Of a stretch of 64,000 nucleotides of DNA, positions 14,872 to 26,267 are shown piece by piece. The notes under the pieces are model-generated. The model did not search any database. It had not been told where the DNA came from and was given only the letters and a program-made list of their open reading frames with translations. Both the position numbers and the translations under genes were made by a program. Origin of the DNA: Octopus vulgaris (lineage: Eukaryota); assembly GCA_951406725.2 (NCBI GenBank), contig OX597818.1, positions 132,370,001-132,434,000 of the forward strand. Reading direction: 5' to 3'. How positions within the stretch are numbered: position 1 is the first letter of the stretch; every line of letters begins with the position of its first letter.

Positions 14872-15017
14872 TTTATTTTAAGCAGCAGAAAATTCAACAA
14901 AATCTGTTACTTGTTGCTGTTCATCAGACAGTTTTTGCTGCAAAAACTGTCTGATGAACGGCAACGAGAAACTCAGAGTAACAGATTTTGTTGAATTTTC
15001 TGCTGCTTAAAATAAAG
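14871..15017. repeat. Fold-back (inverted duplication) between (TA)n tracts
   Basis: 41-bp perfect outer arms plus inner arms ttcatcagacagtttttgc / gcaaaaactgtctgatgaa. Confidence 0.92.
14947..14984 (+). ncRNA. Minimal type-I hammerhead ribozyme motif
   Basis: CTGT-CTGATGA-acggcaacga-GAAAC-tcaga-GTA-ACAG; weak stem II. Confidence 0.6.
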
Positions 15018-15129
15018 TATATATATATATAAACATGTATATATATATATATATACATGTATTTATATATATATATATATATACATGTATATATATATAT
15101 ATACATGTATATATATATATATACATGTA

Positions 15130-15207
<78 letters not shown>

Positions 15208-15208
15208 C

Positions 15209-15265
<57 letters not shown>

Positions 15266-15385
15266 ATTTATTTATTTATTTATAAATAAGGATAATATCG
15301 ATATTTAAATATCGATATTTAAATATCGATATTATCAAGTGGCCAGCATGGGAATAAATAGCATACAAAGGTAATAATTTTTTAC

Positions 15386-15521
15386 AACTAAAAATAAGGG
15401 TGTCTGAGAGACACCACCATGCCGAAATAGCAATCAAATCCCTGAGGGTGGTTTTTAGAGTCAGGGATTTGACTACTATTTCGGCATAGTGGTGTCTTTC
15501 AGACACCCTTATTTTTTAGTT
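15386..15521. repeat. Imperfect hairpin with about 60-bp arms, next to (TA)n
   Basis: aactaaaaataagggtgtctga..aaatccctga mirrored by tcagggattt..cagacacccttattttttagtt. Confidence 0.85.
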
Positions 15522-15535
15522 ATATATATATATGT

Positions 15536-15850
15536 GGAGGTGCAATGGCCTAGTGGTTAGGGCAGCGGACTCGCGGTCGTAGGATCGCGGTTTCAATTCC
15601 CAGACTGGGCGTTGTGAGTGTTTATTGAGCAAAAGCACCTAAAGCTCCACAAGGCTCCGGCAGGGGGTGGTGGCGATCCTGCTGTACTCTTTCGACACAA
15701 CTTTCTCTCACTCTTTCTTCTGTTGGCCTGCTCGCTTAGCCAGCGGGGTGGCGTCACTTGAAGGCTAAAAAAAACAATGCGAAGCGCATTGTGACCAGCG
15801 ATGTGTAACAACATCTGATGGCCTGGTCGGTCACGGTGATCACTGTGATA
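15536..15850 (+). mobile_element. SINE family B (tail variant B2)
   Basis: Family B head; tail ..gcattgtgaccagcgatgtg..ggcctggtcggtcacggtgatcac. Confidence 0.9.
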
Positions 15851-15888
15851 TATATATATGTGTGTGTGTGTGTGTGTAAGCATTTTGT

Positions 15889-15980
15889 ATACTACAGCTG
15901 TTTCAAAAGGGAATCAAGAGTCTATTACTGTAACATTATGAATGTTTCATAGCTATCCAGTGTCCTTTTCCATCAGGTAC
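15889..15980 (-). ncRNA. Degenerate type-I hammerhead motif
   Basis: Minus: GTAC-CTGATGG-aaaagga..tccctttt-GAAAC-AGCT-GTA-GTAT; truncated duplicate at 12960-13035. Confidence 0.55.
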
Positions 15981-16496
15981 ATGAGGCCATTCTGTTGAAA
16001 ATTATCTGCTGTAATGAACAAGGCAAAATAAATAAATAAATAAATAAATAAACTGGGTTTGGAAGGAGTTGTACATTTTAAAAAATAAAAAAAATGTGGA
16101 ATGGAAAGGGGAAATGATAAAGAGCCAATGTCGTGGCCCTACCCACAGATTACTTTAATGTGATATATTGGGGTGTGGTTAGCTGCATACTGTGATTTAT
16201 GGTGTGGCTACAGAAGATTCTAATCAGATTAACGTCCATCTGGGGGTCAATGGGAGGAAGTCGGCACACAAAAGCAGGGGATGTTTATTACTTAGGAAAG
16301 ATATAAAGTAATATAAAGACAGGAAAGGGAAAAGAAATTGGGGAAAAATGGAAAAGGAAAAAGGACCAAATAAAGGGACACTTGTACGTTATGTGTATAT
16401 CCACACACATACTCATATACATCCGTCAACACACATAAAAATAGGAGACGACACAGACGCAACGCACACATACACCGTATACCCACATATACATAT

Positions 16497-16914
16497 TACT
16501 CTTTACTCTTTTACTCTTTTACTTGTTTCAGTCATTTGACTGCGGCCATGCTGGAGCACCGCCTTTAGTCGAGCAAATCGACGCCGGGACTTATTCTTTG
16601 TAAGCCCAGTACTTATTCTATCGGTCTCTTTTTTGCCGAACCGCTAAGTGACGGGGACGTAAACACACCAGCATCGGTTGTCAAGCAATGCTAGGGGGAC
16701 AAACAGACACACAAACACACACACACACACATATATATATATACATATATACGACAGGCTTCTTTCAGTTTCCGTCTACCAAATCCACTCACAAGGCATT
16801 GGTCGGCCCGGGGCTATAGCAGAAGACACTTGCCCAAGATGCCACGCAGTGGGACTGAACCCGGAACCATGTGGTTGATAAGCAAGCTACTTACCACACA
16901 GCCACTCCTACGCC
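16497..16914 (-). mobile_element. SINE family A
   Basis: Full-length reverse copy. Confidence 0.92.
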
Positions 16915-17097
16915 TATAATTATATACACACATATAAACATATGTAAACAAATATATACGCATATACATACTGACACATATGTACATACATGCACACACA
17001 CACACACATATATTCTTAGATATACACATGGCTAAACAAGAATATGTATACACATACTCGCTACATATTCATAAACTCACAAAATATGACGTAATTT

Positions 17098-17494
17098 GGA
17101 TCTTTTCGGTTTGAACGGCAGTTTTTTCTAGCGGTGTCATATGAAATTGTCACCCATAATTATGACCCTAGTATCGATCTATTGCATTTCAATCTATTTT
17201 AGGGTTAGAGTTAGGGGTGGGGGGAAGGGTATCTCTTTTTCTTCACAAATGTAAATAAACCCAATCTGTTTCATACGGCACAGAATGTTGTTTACCTCAA
17301 TGGATGTCAGTGATTGGTTGAAATTGCAGAAATTGAAGAAAAAAACGACAAATATCTTACAAACTATAGAATTTTCTCAATAAAGCCAAGAGAAAAAGAT
17401 GTTTTATAAACACATTCTACCAGTATACGAAGTTTTAAAATTTTTAGTTACCTAGAAATTATGTTAAGAACTGCCGTTCAAACCGAAAAGATCC
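17098..17494. mobile_element. MITE with 26-bp TIRs and 8-bp TSD (Merlin-like by its GG termini, or hAT)
   Basis: TIR ggatcttttcggtttgaacggcagtt / aactgccgttcaaaccgaaaagatcc; TSD cgtaattt at 17090-17097 and 17495-17502. Confidence 0.9.
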
Positions 17495-17739
17495 CGTAAT
17501 TTTTACAAACGGATATATTGGTATTATGCTGATATAAAAGTATAATATCCCGAAAATACGTAAACACAAGCATACACACAGATAAGAAGAAGTACGCTTG
17601 AAGATAATTAAACGTAATGGTAGAGAGAAGAAGCAATAATACATAAAAAGCTGAGATGAGACAGGTGAACAAATGTTAAATGTATTGCTAAAAATGCTTA
17701 AATACAAGTCATGAAACTGGTGCATCGGATAATACTCAG

Positions 17740-18155
17740 AGGAAACCGAGGGTTTTGTGGCCTGCTGCTAATGAGAAAGTGAAATATAAAGAGTTTGAAA
17801 ACAAGGTTTGTCGGGCTCTATATAAAATGACAGGCTCTACAGTGGAGAAACTGGGAAAATTATCAAGCTCAATATACGATATAGGAAAAGATTTATTTGG
17901 AATAAAAGAGAATATCCGACTAGAGAAAGGAAAGTGTGGACTAAGCAGGAGGATCAGAAAAATGCAGCAGTTGAGGAAGGAAAAGTCCGACTTAAGAAAG
18001 CGATGGAGATGTGGTGCACTAGATGAGAAACCTGGCCTTGCGCTGTTGTATAACGATTTGAAGAGGAAATGTCGTTATGTGCAACGACATATCCGCCGAT
18101 ATGAGCGTCGAAAAGAAAGTAAAAGGACTCGGGGGCAGTTTCTGAAGGACCCCAT
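17740..18155 (+). pseudogene. Fragment of a HERO-like (R2/R4/NeSL-group) non-LTR retrotransposon ORF, pre-RT region
   Basis: RKPRVLWPAANEK..RRIRKMQQLRKEKSDLRKRWR..EKPGLALLYNDLK..RRKESKRTRGQFLKDP matches the remembered W-P..LRKxW..EKxGL..F-x-KDP pattern upstream of RT; truncated after KDP. Confidence 0.7.
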
Positions 18156-18523
18156 ATACTTGCTAGCTTTCGATATACGGAGCTTTTAACTGGTAGCACT
18201 TGCATGTGCAAGTTGTTTGCAAGACACATATACACACATACAAAAATGAAAAAATATACACACACATAAATACGTTTAACGGCCATTGTACGTATAGTGA
18301 GAAGAAACACGAAAACATGGGTAGTAAAAGGTAAGACAAATCAGGAAAAAGTAATCTGACGCAACTATGTCTCATGTGGGAAAGAATAATCAAGTTAGAC
18401 TCATATACATAGGTACAAAAATTGTATGCTAAGAAACTAACCAACTGCTTTTACCAAAATCGCTTGGCTAATCCTATTATTTGATATATATCTGCAAGCT
18501 CATCAGCATAGTCTGTCGACAGA

Positions 18524-18598
18524 CTATGCTGATGAGCTTGCAGATTTTCGCGTATGCATATACGTGAATAGTAACAAGTGAAACTGATCGGTACATAG
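18524..18598 (+). ncRNA. Type-I hammerhead ribozyme, intact core
   Basis: CTATG-CTGATGA-GCTTG..(ttcgcgtat/atacgtgaa)..CAAGT-GAAAC-tgatcg-GTA-CATAG; predicted cleavage after 18593. Confidence 0.85.
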
Positions 18599-18834
18599 GT
18601 AATCGTTTTTGATTTCGTATATTTTCATTTGTCTTGCTTATTTTTTACACTTTGGTTTTGTGCTGAGTTTTTTCTTGAGAACACATTCTTTGTGGAAAAT
18701 AGCGATTTTGACGTCTATATCTAGCATATTGACTGTCCACTTTTAGTGGTTAGTCCTTTAAATTTTATATATATATATTAATGATAATAATATGACAACC
18801 AAAGAGACATCGATATTATGTGAATAGAGGAATT

Positions 18835-18867
<33 letters not shown>

Positions 18868-18878
18868 TTATATATCTA

Positions 18879-18993
<115 letters not shown>

Positions 18994-19122
18994 CTTGACT
19001 GAAGATTGAAGGCTTCGAATGTCCCGTCCGTGCTTTTTGTATCGTCTTCTAAATGTTTTGCGTTCTTGTCCCAGTTTGTATTTTTTTACATATATATTTT
19101 TTTTTTCATAGGGTTTTTCTTT

Positions 19123-19172
19123 TAATAACTGATGAGGATGTCTTTTGGCATCTGAAACCCTGAGTATTATTA
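19123..19172 (+). ncRNA. Type-I hammerhead ribozyme, intact core
   Basis: TAATAA-CTGATGA-GGATGTC-tttt-GGCATCT-GAAAC-cctga-GTA-TTATTA; 6-bp stem I, 7-bp stem II. Confidence 0.88.
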
Positions 19173-19429
19173 TGACAACTAACTGATTGTCCTATATTAT
19201 ATATATATACCTTAATTCACAAATAAATTATATATTCACCAATGCGGTGTTGAGCACTCATTTCATCATTCGACATTTATATGTGTGTGTGTGCGTGTGT
19301 ATTTATATGTATATAGTTCCGTTATATTTTGTTAAGAACGTAGTAGAGTACAGTATAAAGCTCGTCCACCTTTAGATTTCATCCTGTGCTGTCCACAATG
19401 CAGGGAAACGGTTACATAACCAAATGCCT

Positions 19430-19476
19430 GCAAGTCTGAAGAAATACATTGCATAGAAACAATTGTAGTGATTGCA
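19430..19476 (+). ncRNA. Degenerate type-I hammerhead motif
   Basis: CTGAAGA-aatacattgcata-GAAAC-AATT-GTA; palindromic stem III ACAATTGT; stems I and II weak. Confidence 0.5.
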
Positions 19477-19701
19477 AATAAATGTCCAACCGTACACCTT
19501 GTTAATTTCAACTTTTTTAATCACACACACATACACACACACATGTATATACGCTAATAGTGAACAATGAAAAATGAGTGCTCAAAACTGCATGGGTGGA
19601 TGGGGGGTAACACGTGTACCAACACTTGCATGTGGTACGTTTGAACAATTGTGAAAATCTCTTCATATGAAACCATTGGCTGCCTTGTTAAACAACAAAT
19701 T

Positions 19702-19735
<34 letters not shown>

Positions 19736-19869
19736 TGCCAGAAAGTGTGAATATAGAGAGTACACTGGCTAGTCAGAATGTGACCAGCCTCTGCATAAAT
19801 ATCCACCATGATTTAGTAGTCCTAGAATTCTTGCTTTTAAAAAATACCTGCACTGAATGCAAGATACAT

Positions 19870-20310
19870 TTCCAAAACTTTATACTAAAAGGATCATTAT
19901 TGGTGCTAGAAAATAACAAGTTCTTCGATAACAAATATTACCTTCAAATAAAAGGAACGGCAATGGGTACTAATGTTGCACCCATATATGGAACACTAGT
20001 AATGGGATTCCTTGAGGAAAAAAATCTATGCTCATTCTGAGATTATTTCTGATTAGCATTCTCTATCGTATTTAAAAGAATATTGGAAAATATTTCTGGA
20101 TGACTGCTTTATATTCTGGAAAAGAAGTAAGGAAGACTTTACAAGATTCCTTAAATTAATGTATTGCATTAATGAATGGAAATGAATGAAAGGGACTTCC
20201 TTTCGGGGGCATTCTGATAATTAAGAATGAAACTCTTACTACAGATATCTACTGCAAGGATACGGACACACATAAATACATAGATTTTAGAATTTGCCAC
20301 CCACCTCAGA
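19870..20310 (+). pseudogene. Penelope-like element reverse transcriptase fragment (frameshifted)
   Basis: ENNKFFDNKYYLQIKGTAMGTNVAPIYGTLVMGFLEE, then in other frames YWKIFLDDCFIFW and TDIYCKDTDTHKYIDFRICHP, diagnostic PLE RT motifs. Confidence 0.9.
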
Positions 20311-20416
20311 TTATGTATATTGATGTTAGTTTATCTGAAGTTAAAATCAAGTGTGATGAAATCATACTTTAAATCTGTGGATCTTTGTTTATATCACTGG
20401 TATTCCTCATTAATGT

Positions 20417-20802
20417 GGAGGCGCAATGGCCCAGTGGTTAGGGCAGCGGACTCGCGGTCGTAGGATCGCGGTTTCGATTCCCAGACCGGGCGTTGTGAGT
20501 GTTTATTGAGCGAAAACACCTAAAAGCTCCACGAGGCTCGGGCAGGGATGGTGGTGATCCCTGCTGTACTCTTTCACCACAACTTTCTCTCACTCTTACT
20601 TCCTGTTTCTGTTGTACCTGTATTTCAAAGGGCCGGCCTTGTCACTCTCTGTGTCACGCTGAATATCCCCGAGAACTACGTTAAGGGTACACGTGTCTGT
20701 GGAGTGCTCAGCCACTTACACGTTAATTTCACGAGCAGGCTGTTCCGTTGATTCGGATCAACCGTCACCCTCATCGTCGTAACCGACGGAGTGCTTCCAT
20801 CC
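20417..20802 (+). mobile_element. SINE family B (tail B1) flanked by a 302-bp direct duplication
   Basis: Family B head; tail ..cgtcgtaaccgacggagtgcttccatcc; 20113-20414 repeated at 20803-21104. Confidence 0.92.
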
Positions 20803-21368
20803 ATTCTGGAAAAGAAGTAAGGAAGGCTTTACAAGATTCCTTAAATTAATGTATTGCATTAATGAATGGAAATGAATGAAAGGGACTTCCTTTTGGGGGC
20901 ATTCTGATAATTAAGAATGAAACTCTTACTACAGATATCTACTGCAAGGATACGGACACACATAAATACATAGATTTTAGAATTTGCCACCCACCTCATA
21001 TTATGTATATTGATGTTAGTTTATCTGAAGTTAAAATCAAGTGTGATGAAATCATACTTTAAATCTGTGGATCTTTGTTCATATCACTGGTATTCCTCAT
21101 TAATAATGTGAGATATTACTTCCTGGGTTCAAATTTCACTGAAGTTGACTTTGCCTTTCACTCTTTCGGGGTCGATAAAATAAGTACCAGTTGAGTACTA
21201 GGCTCTATAAAATAAGTACCAGTTGAGTCCTGGGATCGATGTAATCAGCTAGCCCTCTCACTCGAACTTGCTAGCCTTGTGTCAAAATTTAAAATCAATA
21301 ATATGAGATATTCGCTACAGTGACTTACCTGACAACAGTTCAAATATTATTTTACATTCACACACATA

Positions 21369-21725
21369 GGCGCAGGAGTGGCTGTGTGGTAAGTAGCTTG
21401 CTAACCAACCACATGGTTCCGGGTTCAGTCCCACTGCGTGGCAATGCCTTGTGAGTGGATTTAGTAGACGGAAACTGAAAGAAGCCTGTCGTATATATGT
21501 ATATATATATGTGTGTCTGTGTTTGTCCCCCTAGCATTGCTTGACAACCGATGCTAGTGTGTTTATGTCCCCGTCACTTAGCGGTTCGGCAAAAGGGACG
21601 GATAGAATAAGTACTGGGCTTACAAAAGTATAAGTCCCGGAGTCGAATTGCTCGATTAAAGGCGGTGCTCCAGCATGGCCGGAGTCAAAATGACTGAAAC
21701 AAGAGAAAAAGAAAAAGAGAAAGAG
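21369..21725 (+). mobile_element. SINE family A with internal deletion
   Basis: Head and tail intact; ..gcgtggca|atgccttg.. lacks about 40 bp. Confidence 0.9.
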
Positions 21726-21865
21726 ATATTGTGTGATTTGAAGGATGTATGGATGTTATGTATATAACAGGTAAAAAATAGAAGGGAAGTAGTAGTAGTA
21801 GTAGTAGTAGTCATGATGGTGGTGGTAGGATAGTGTAGTAGGTGTAAGAGTGATGGTCATAGATA

Positions 21866-22097
21866 AGGCGTCGAGCTGGCAGAAACGTTAGCACGCTGGG
21901 TGAAATACTTAGCGGTATTTCGTCTGTCGCTACGTTCTGAGTTCAAATTCCGCCGAGGTCGACTTTGCCTTTCATCCTTTCGGGGTCGATAAATTAAGTA
22001 CCAGGTACGCACTGGGGTCGATATAAACGACTTAATCCATCTGTCTGTCCTTGTTTGTCTCCTCTGCGTTTAGCCCCTTGTGGGTAGTAAAGAAATA
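21866..22097 (+). mobile_element. SINE family C monomer
   Basis: aggcgtcgagctggcagaaacgttagcac..gagttcaaattcc..gtaaagaaata; ggtcatag on both flanks. Confidence 0.9.
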
Positions 22098-22475
22098 GGT
22101 CATAGTAGGGGTATGATCAGTCATGGTGCAGGTTGTTCATTTTCAGTTATATACTTAAGGGTCGATAGTTCTAAATCTTTAAGCGTCATATAAGCCGTAA
22201 GCTGGCATATATATATATATTTCCTTTGATCTTATACAGGATAATGTCATTGTTAGCAAATAATTTTCAGTTTATTACAATTTTAATGTTGCAGGCGGAG
22301 ATATTGTGACATATTTTGTTTCTCGTCTTAAATGCACTCCCAAAATGTTGACTAAAGCTAAGACAAGTCTTTAGTGATCGAGACTGCATTTAAATGTTTA
22401 CGACCCTATACAAACATGAATTATGGAACCCTCTTGAAGACTCTAGCTACAAGCATGGTATATTTGTTAGGCGTT

Positions 22476-22861
22476 GGAGGCGCAATGGCCCAGTGGTTAG
22501 GGCAGCGGACTCGCGGTCATAAGATCGCGATTTCGATTCCCAGACCGGGTGTTGTGAGTGTTTATTGAGCGAAAACACCTAAAAGCTCCACGAGGATCCG
22601 GCAGGGGATGGTGGTGATCCCTGCTGTACTCTTTCACCACAACTTTCTCTCACTCTTACTTCCTGTTTCTGTTGTACCTGTATTTCAAAGGGCCGGCCTT
22701 GTCACTCTCTGTGTCACGCTGAATATCCCCGAGAACTACGTTAAGGGTACACATGTCTGTGGAGTGCTCAGCCACTTGCACGTTAATTCCACGAGCAGGC
22801 TGTTCCGTTGATCGGATCAACCAGAACCCTCGTCGTCGGAACCGACGGAGTGCTTCCATCC
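22476..22861 (+). mobile_element. SINE family B (B1)
   Basis: Full length; 16-bp TSD atatttgttaggcgtt at 22460-22475 and 22862-22877. Confidence 0.95.
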
Positions 22862-23115
22862 ATATTTGTTAGGCGTTATGTTTGTTTGGGTGTTCTTGTG
22901 GAACAGTAAAATCCACAAGAACACCCAGAGATAATTAGTGAAGTCCCTAGCGCTGTAAAGAATGTAAGAGAAGTTCAAGTGGATAAAATAGTTTTCTAGA
23001 AAGCGGAGAAACCTCAGAGGAAGAACCTAATCCCTAAGGTCGATGTAATCAACCATCCCTTTCTCCTAAAATTGCTGGCTTTGTGCAAAAAACTGAAATA
23101 ATTATTGTGCACATA

Positions 23116-23638
23116 CCGTAAATCCTCGAGTATAGTCTGCCCTTGAGTATAATACGCAGGGGATTTTTAGGGGGTTGTACCTCTGAAAAACCTAAACTTT
23201 GTGTATAGTACGCACCCCTTCTCTAACTTAAGTCGTGCGTAATTAAGCCAGCAGCACCTAGTCGAACAAACATTTCCGCGCATGCGTAATACAATAATGG
23301 TGATGTTCTTAACTGTTATATGGGAATGTAAATATGTTTGCAAAATGTTTTTGTTACATGATATTCTGTGTTCTGAATACTTTTATTTTAATAAATGTTG
23401 CTTATTGCAAGTTATGGATGATTCTTTTATGATTTCATTGCTTTCAGGCTTAGCTTAAGGTATTTTCGCGCCCGATACCACAAAATGTGTCTGAATAAAC
23501 ATTGCTGGACAGCAAATAGAAACTCGGACATTGCTTAGAAAATATTTTTCCTTTTTAACCTCGTATATAGTACGCACTAGGGATTTTGACCTTTAAATTT
23601 TGCGGGAAAAAATGCGGAGTATACTCGAGGATTTACGG
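23116..23638. mobile_element. Tc1/mariner (pogo/Tigger-like) MITE
   Basis: TIR ccgtaaatcctcgagtata / tatactcgaggatttacgg; TA TSD on both sides. Confidence 0.9.
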
Positions 23639-23994
23639 TAATCACAAATATATTACCGAGGTTTTGTAAGATGGTTGGTTATGGGTGTAAGTTGCAGATA
23701 TGGCCGCAATTTCTTCCAGATTTTAGATGCACACGATATCATTACTCTTGGTTACAATACGAGTTTAGTAAAAGATGAGTAATGAATTTTCAAATACAGG
23801 GGTGGCGGTAGAGTGGAGACAGTAAAAGAGGCAGAGAAAGCTGGAGAGAGAGAGAGAGAGAGATGGGTGGTGGTGGTGATGTGACGGATGCGTATGTGTC
23901 GTCATTAGCTCTAGTTATGAGTACTTGTGTGAGGTAATGAGCAGTGAAGTGGAGTAGATGTGGAGTGAAAGTAAAGCAACTGTAAAATGTTCAT

Positions 23995-24735
23995 GCTGTA
24001 GTAGTGGTGGTTGTTGTTGTTGTTGTGGTGGTGGTGGTGGTGGTGGTAGTGGAATTTTTTCGTGCATGTATTGGTATTAATGGTAATTATTAGAAACGGC
24101 AAAGAAAGAGAAAGGAGGGGAATCAGAAAATAGGCTGGGTAGAAATGTGGGTTGTGCAGAAGATGATGGAACGAAGGTTGCGGTGTTGGTGGAGGTGTGA
24201 AAGGATCAAGAGGGGTGGTGGTGGTGGTGGCGGTGGCGGTGGTGGTGATGGTGAGGTGAGTTGAGGAAGTAGTGGTGGTATTAGTTGTAGGTGTTGCGAA
24301 ACAACATTGCTGGTAGGGGTTAAGATATGACAGGGTCAAGAAAAGGAGGACAACAAAGAAGATGGCGACGAAAAAGAAAAGAGGAAAGAAAGAAAAAAAT
24401 GGAGAGTTTTAGTATTGGTGATGTAGTGATGGCGGTAGTAGTGGAAGGGGTGTTGAGGTGGTGATGTGTTAGCAGTAATGGTGACGGTGGTGGTGGTGGT
24501 GGTGGTGGTGGTAACAGTAATAGTGGTAATAGTTTGGGGAGGTTGGAATAATAATGGTGGTAGCAGCAGCAGCAGTAGTAGTAGTAGTAGCAGCAGTAGT
24601 AGTAGTAGTAGTAGTAGTAATAGTAGTAGTAGTGGTGGTGGTGGTGGTGGTGGTGGTAACAGTAATAGTGGTAATAGTTTGGGGTGGCTGGAATAATAAT
24701 GGTGGCAGCAGTGGTGATGGTGGCGGGGGATGATG

Positions 24736-24794
<59 letters not shown>

Positions 24795-24830
24795 GGTGGT
24801 GGTGGTGGTGGTGGCAGTAGTGATGCTATT
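23995..24830. repeat. GGT/AGT/AGC trinucleotide low-complexity region
   Basis: Compound microsatellites with a local duplication (about 24490-24560 vs 24635-24705). Confidence 0.85.
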
Positions 24831-25120
24831 ATGAGGGCAGTAACAGTAGCCTTTGCCTTTACCTTTACTTTCACTTTCGGTTTTGCCCCCTTCTGCATTA
24901 CTCTTTCTTTCTTTCTTTCTCTCTCATCTTCCTTTTGTTTATTCCACTCTTATTTTTTTACTTTTATTCTCTCTACCTTTTTCCTTTCTACCCTGCATAT
25001 TTTTTTTCTTTTTTATCAATTAGAAAATTGATTGATATAAAGCTAACTGTGAAGGATGAGCAAACGCTTTTGTGTTTGTATGTGTTTGCATATATACATG
25101 TGTATGTATATGCGAACATA

Positions 25121-25541
25121 GGCGCAGGAGTGGCTGTGTGGTAAGTAGCTTGCTAACCAACCACATGGTTCCGGGTTCAGTCCCACTGCGTGGCATCTTG
25201 GGCAAGTGTCTTCTGCTATAGCCCCGGGCCGACCAAATGCCTTGTGAGTGGATTTGGTAGACGGAAACTGAAAGAAGCCTGTCGTATATATGTATATATA
25301 TATATATGTGTGTGTGTGTGTATATGTGTTTGTGTGTCTGTGTTTGTCCCCCTAGCATTGCTTGACAACCGATGATGCTGGTGTGTTTACGTCCCCGTCA
25401 CTTAGCGGTTCGGCAAAAGAGACCGATAGAATAAGTACTGGGCTTACAAAGAATAAGTCCTGGGGTCGATTTGCTCGACTAAAGGCGGTGCTCCAGCATG
25501 GCCGCAGTCAAATGACTGAAACAAGTAAAAGAGTAAAAGAG
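25121..25541 (+). mobile_element. SINE family A
   Basis: Full-length copy. Confidence 0.93.
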
Positions 25542-25684
25542 TTATCTGCATGCATATGTGTATGTCTTTGTACATATGTACATGTGTTTGTATGCATGTA
25601 TGTACATATTTGTAAGTGTGCATCTATGTATGTGTGTTTATGCATGTGCATCAATGTATTTTATGTATTTGTATATGTACGTGT

Positions 25685-26068
25685 TTTGTATGGGCGCCAC
25701 TGCATAGTGCCAGGGACTCCAAATTTGCCATCAAGATGTCGGACAAGATACTGTGATAGCCTGGGCTTCAGAGGCCCACAACTCTTCAATATCCTCCCGA
25801 AGAACCTGAGAGACCTCCATGGGGTGGATGCAGATGTCTTTAAAATAAAACTGGATCTCTTCCTGTCAGGTGTCCCATGTTGAACCAACTTCACGGCAGG
25901 AGGTGCAGATGAGGGCAGCTGCATCGATCTCTATCATGGACCAAATGGCAATTGCTAAAAAGCATTCGTGAAGTAAAATCATGTAGCAACACCAAATGGC
26001 GGTGCCCCAGCATGGCCACAGCTCCTGAGCTGAAACTAAATAAAATAAAATAAAATAAAATAAAATAA
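25685..26068 (+). mobile_element. 3' end of a CR1/L2-group LINE
   Basis: RTRYCDSLGFRGPQLFNILPKNLRDLHGVDADVFKIKLDLFLSGVP, typical ORF2 C-terminus; short 3' UTR ending in (taaaa)n. Confidence 0.85.
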
Positions 26069-26267
26069 ATATATTCAAAAGTGCTTTCTGCATATGGAAG
26101 ATGCATGTATGTGCATAATGATGTGTACACAGGTATGTATGTATTTATGTATGAGCGTATATAGGTGTGTTTATGTGTATGTATTCTTTTATTCTCTTAT
26201 ATGTTTCAGCCCTAGTACTGTTACCACCGTCAGTGTATGTATGTCCTTGTTCAGTTTTATTTTAAAA

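Noticed and set aside
25362-25883. 173-aa ORF as a host gene
   Set aside because: Chimeric read-through of a SINE A tail, a TG-rich microsatellite and a LINE ORF2 end
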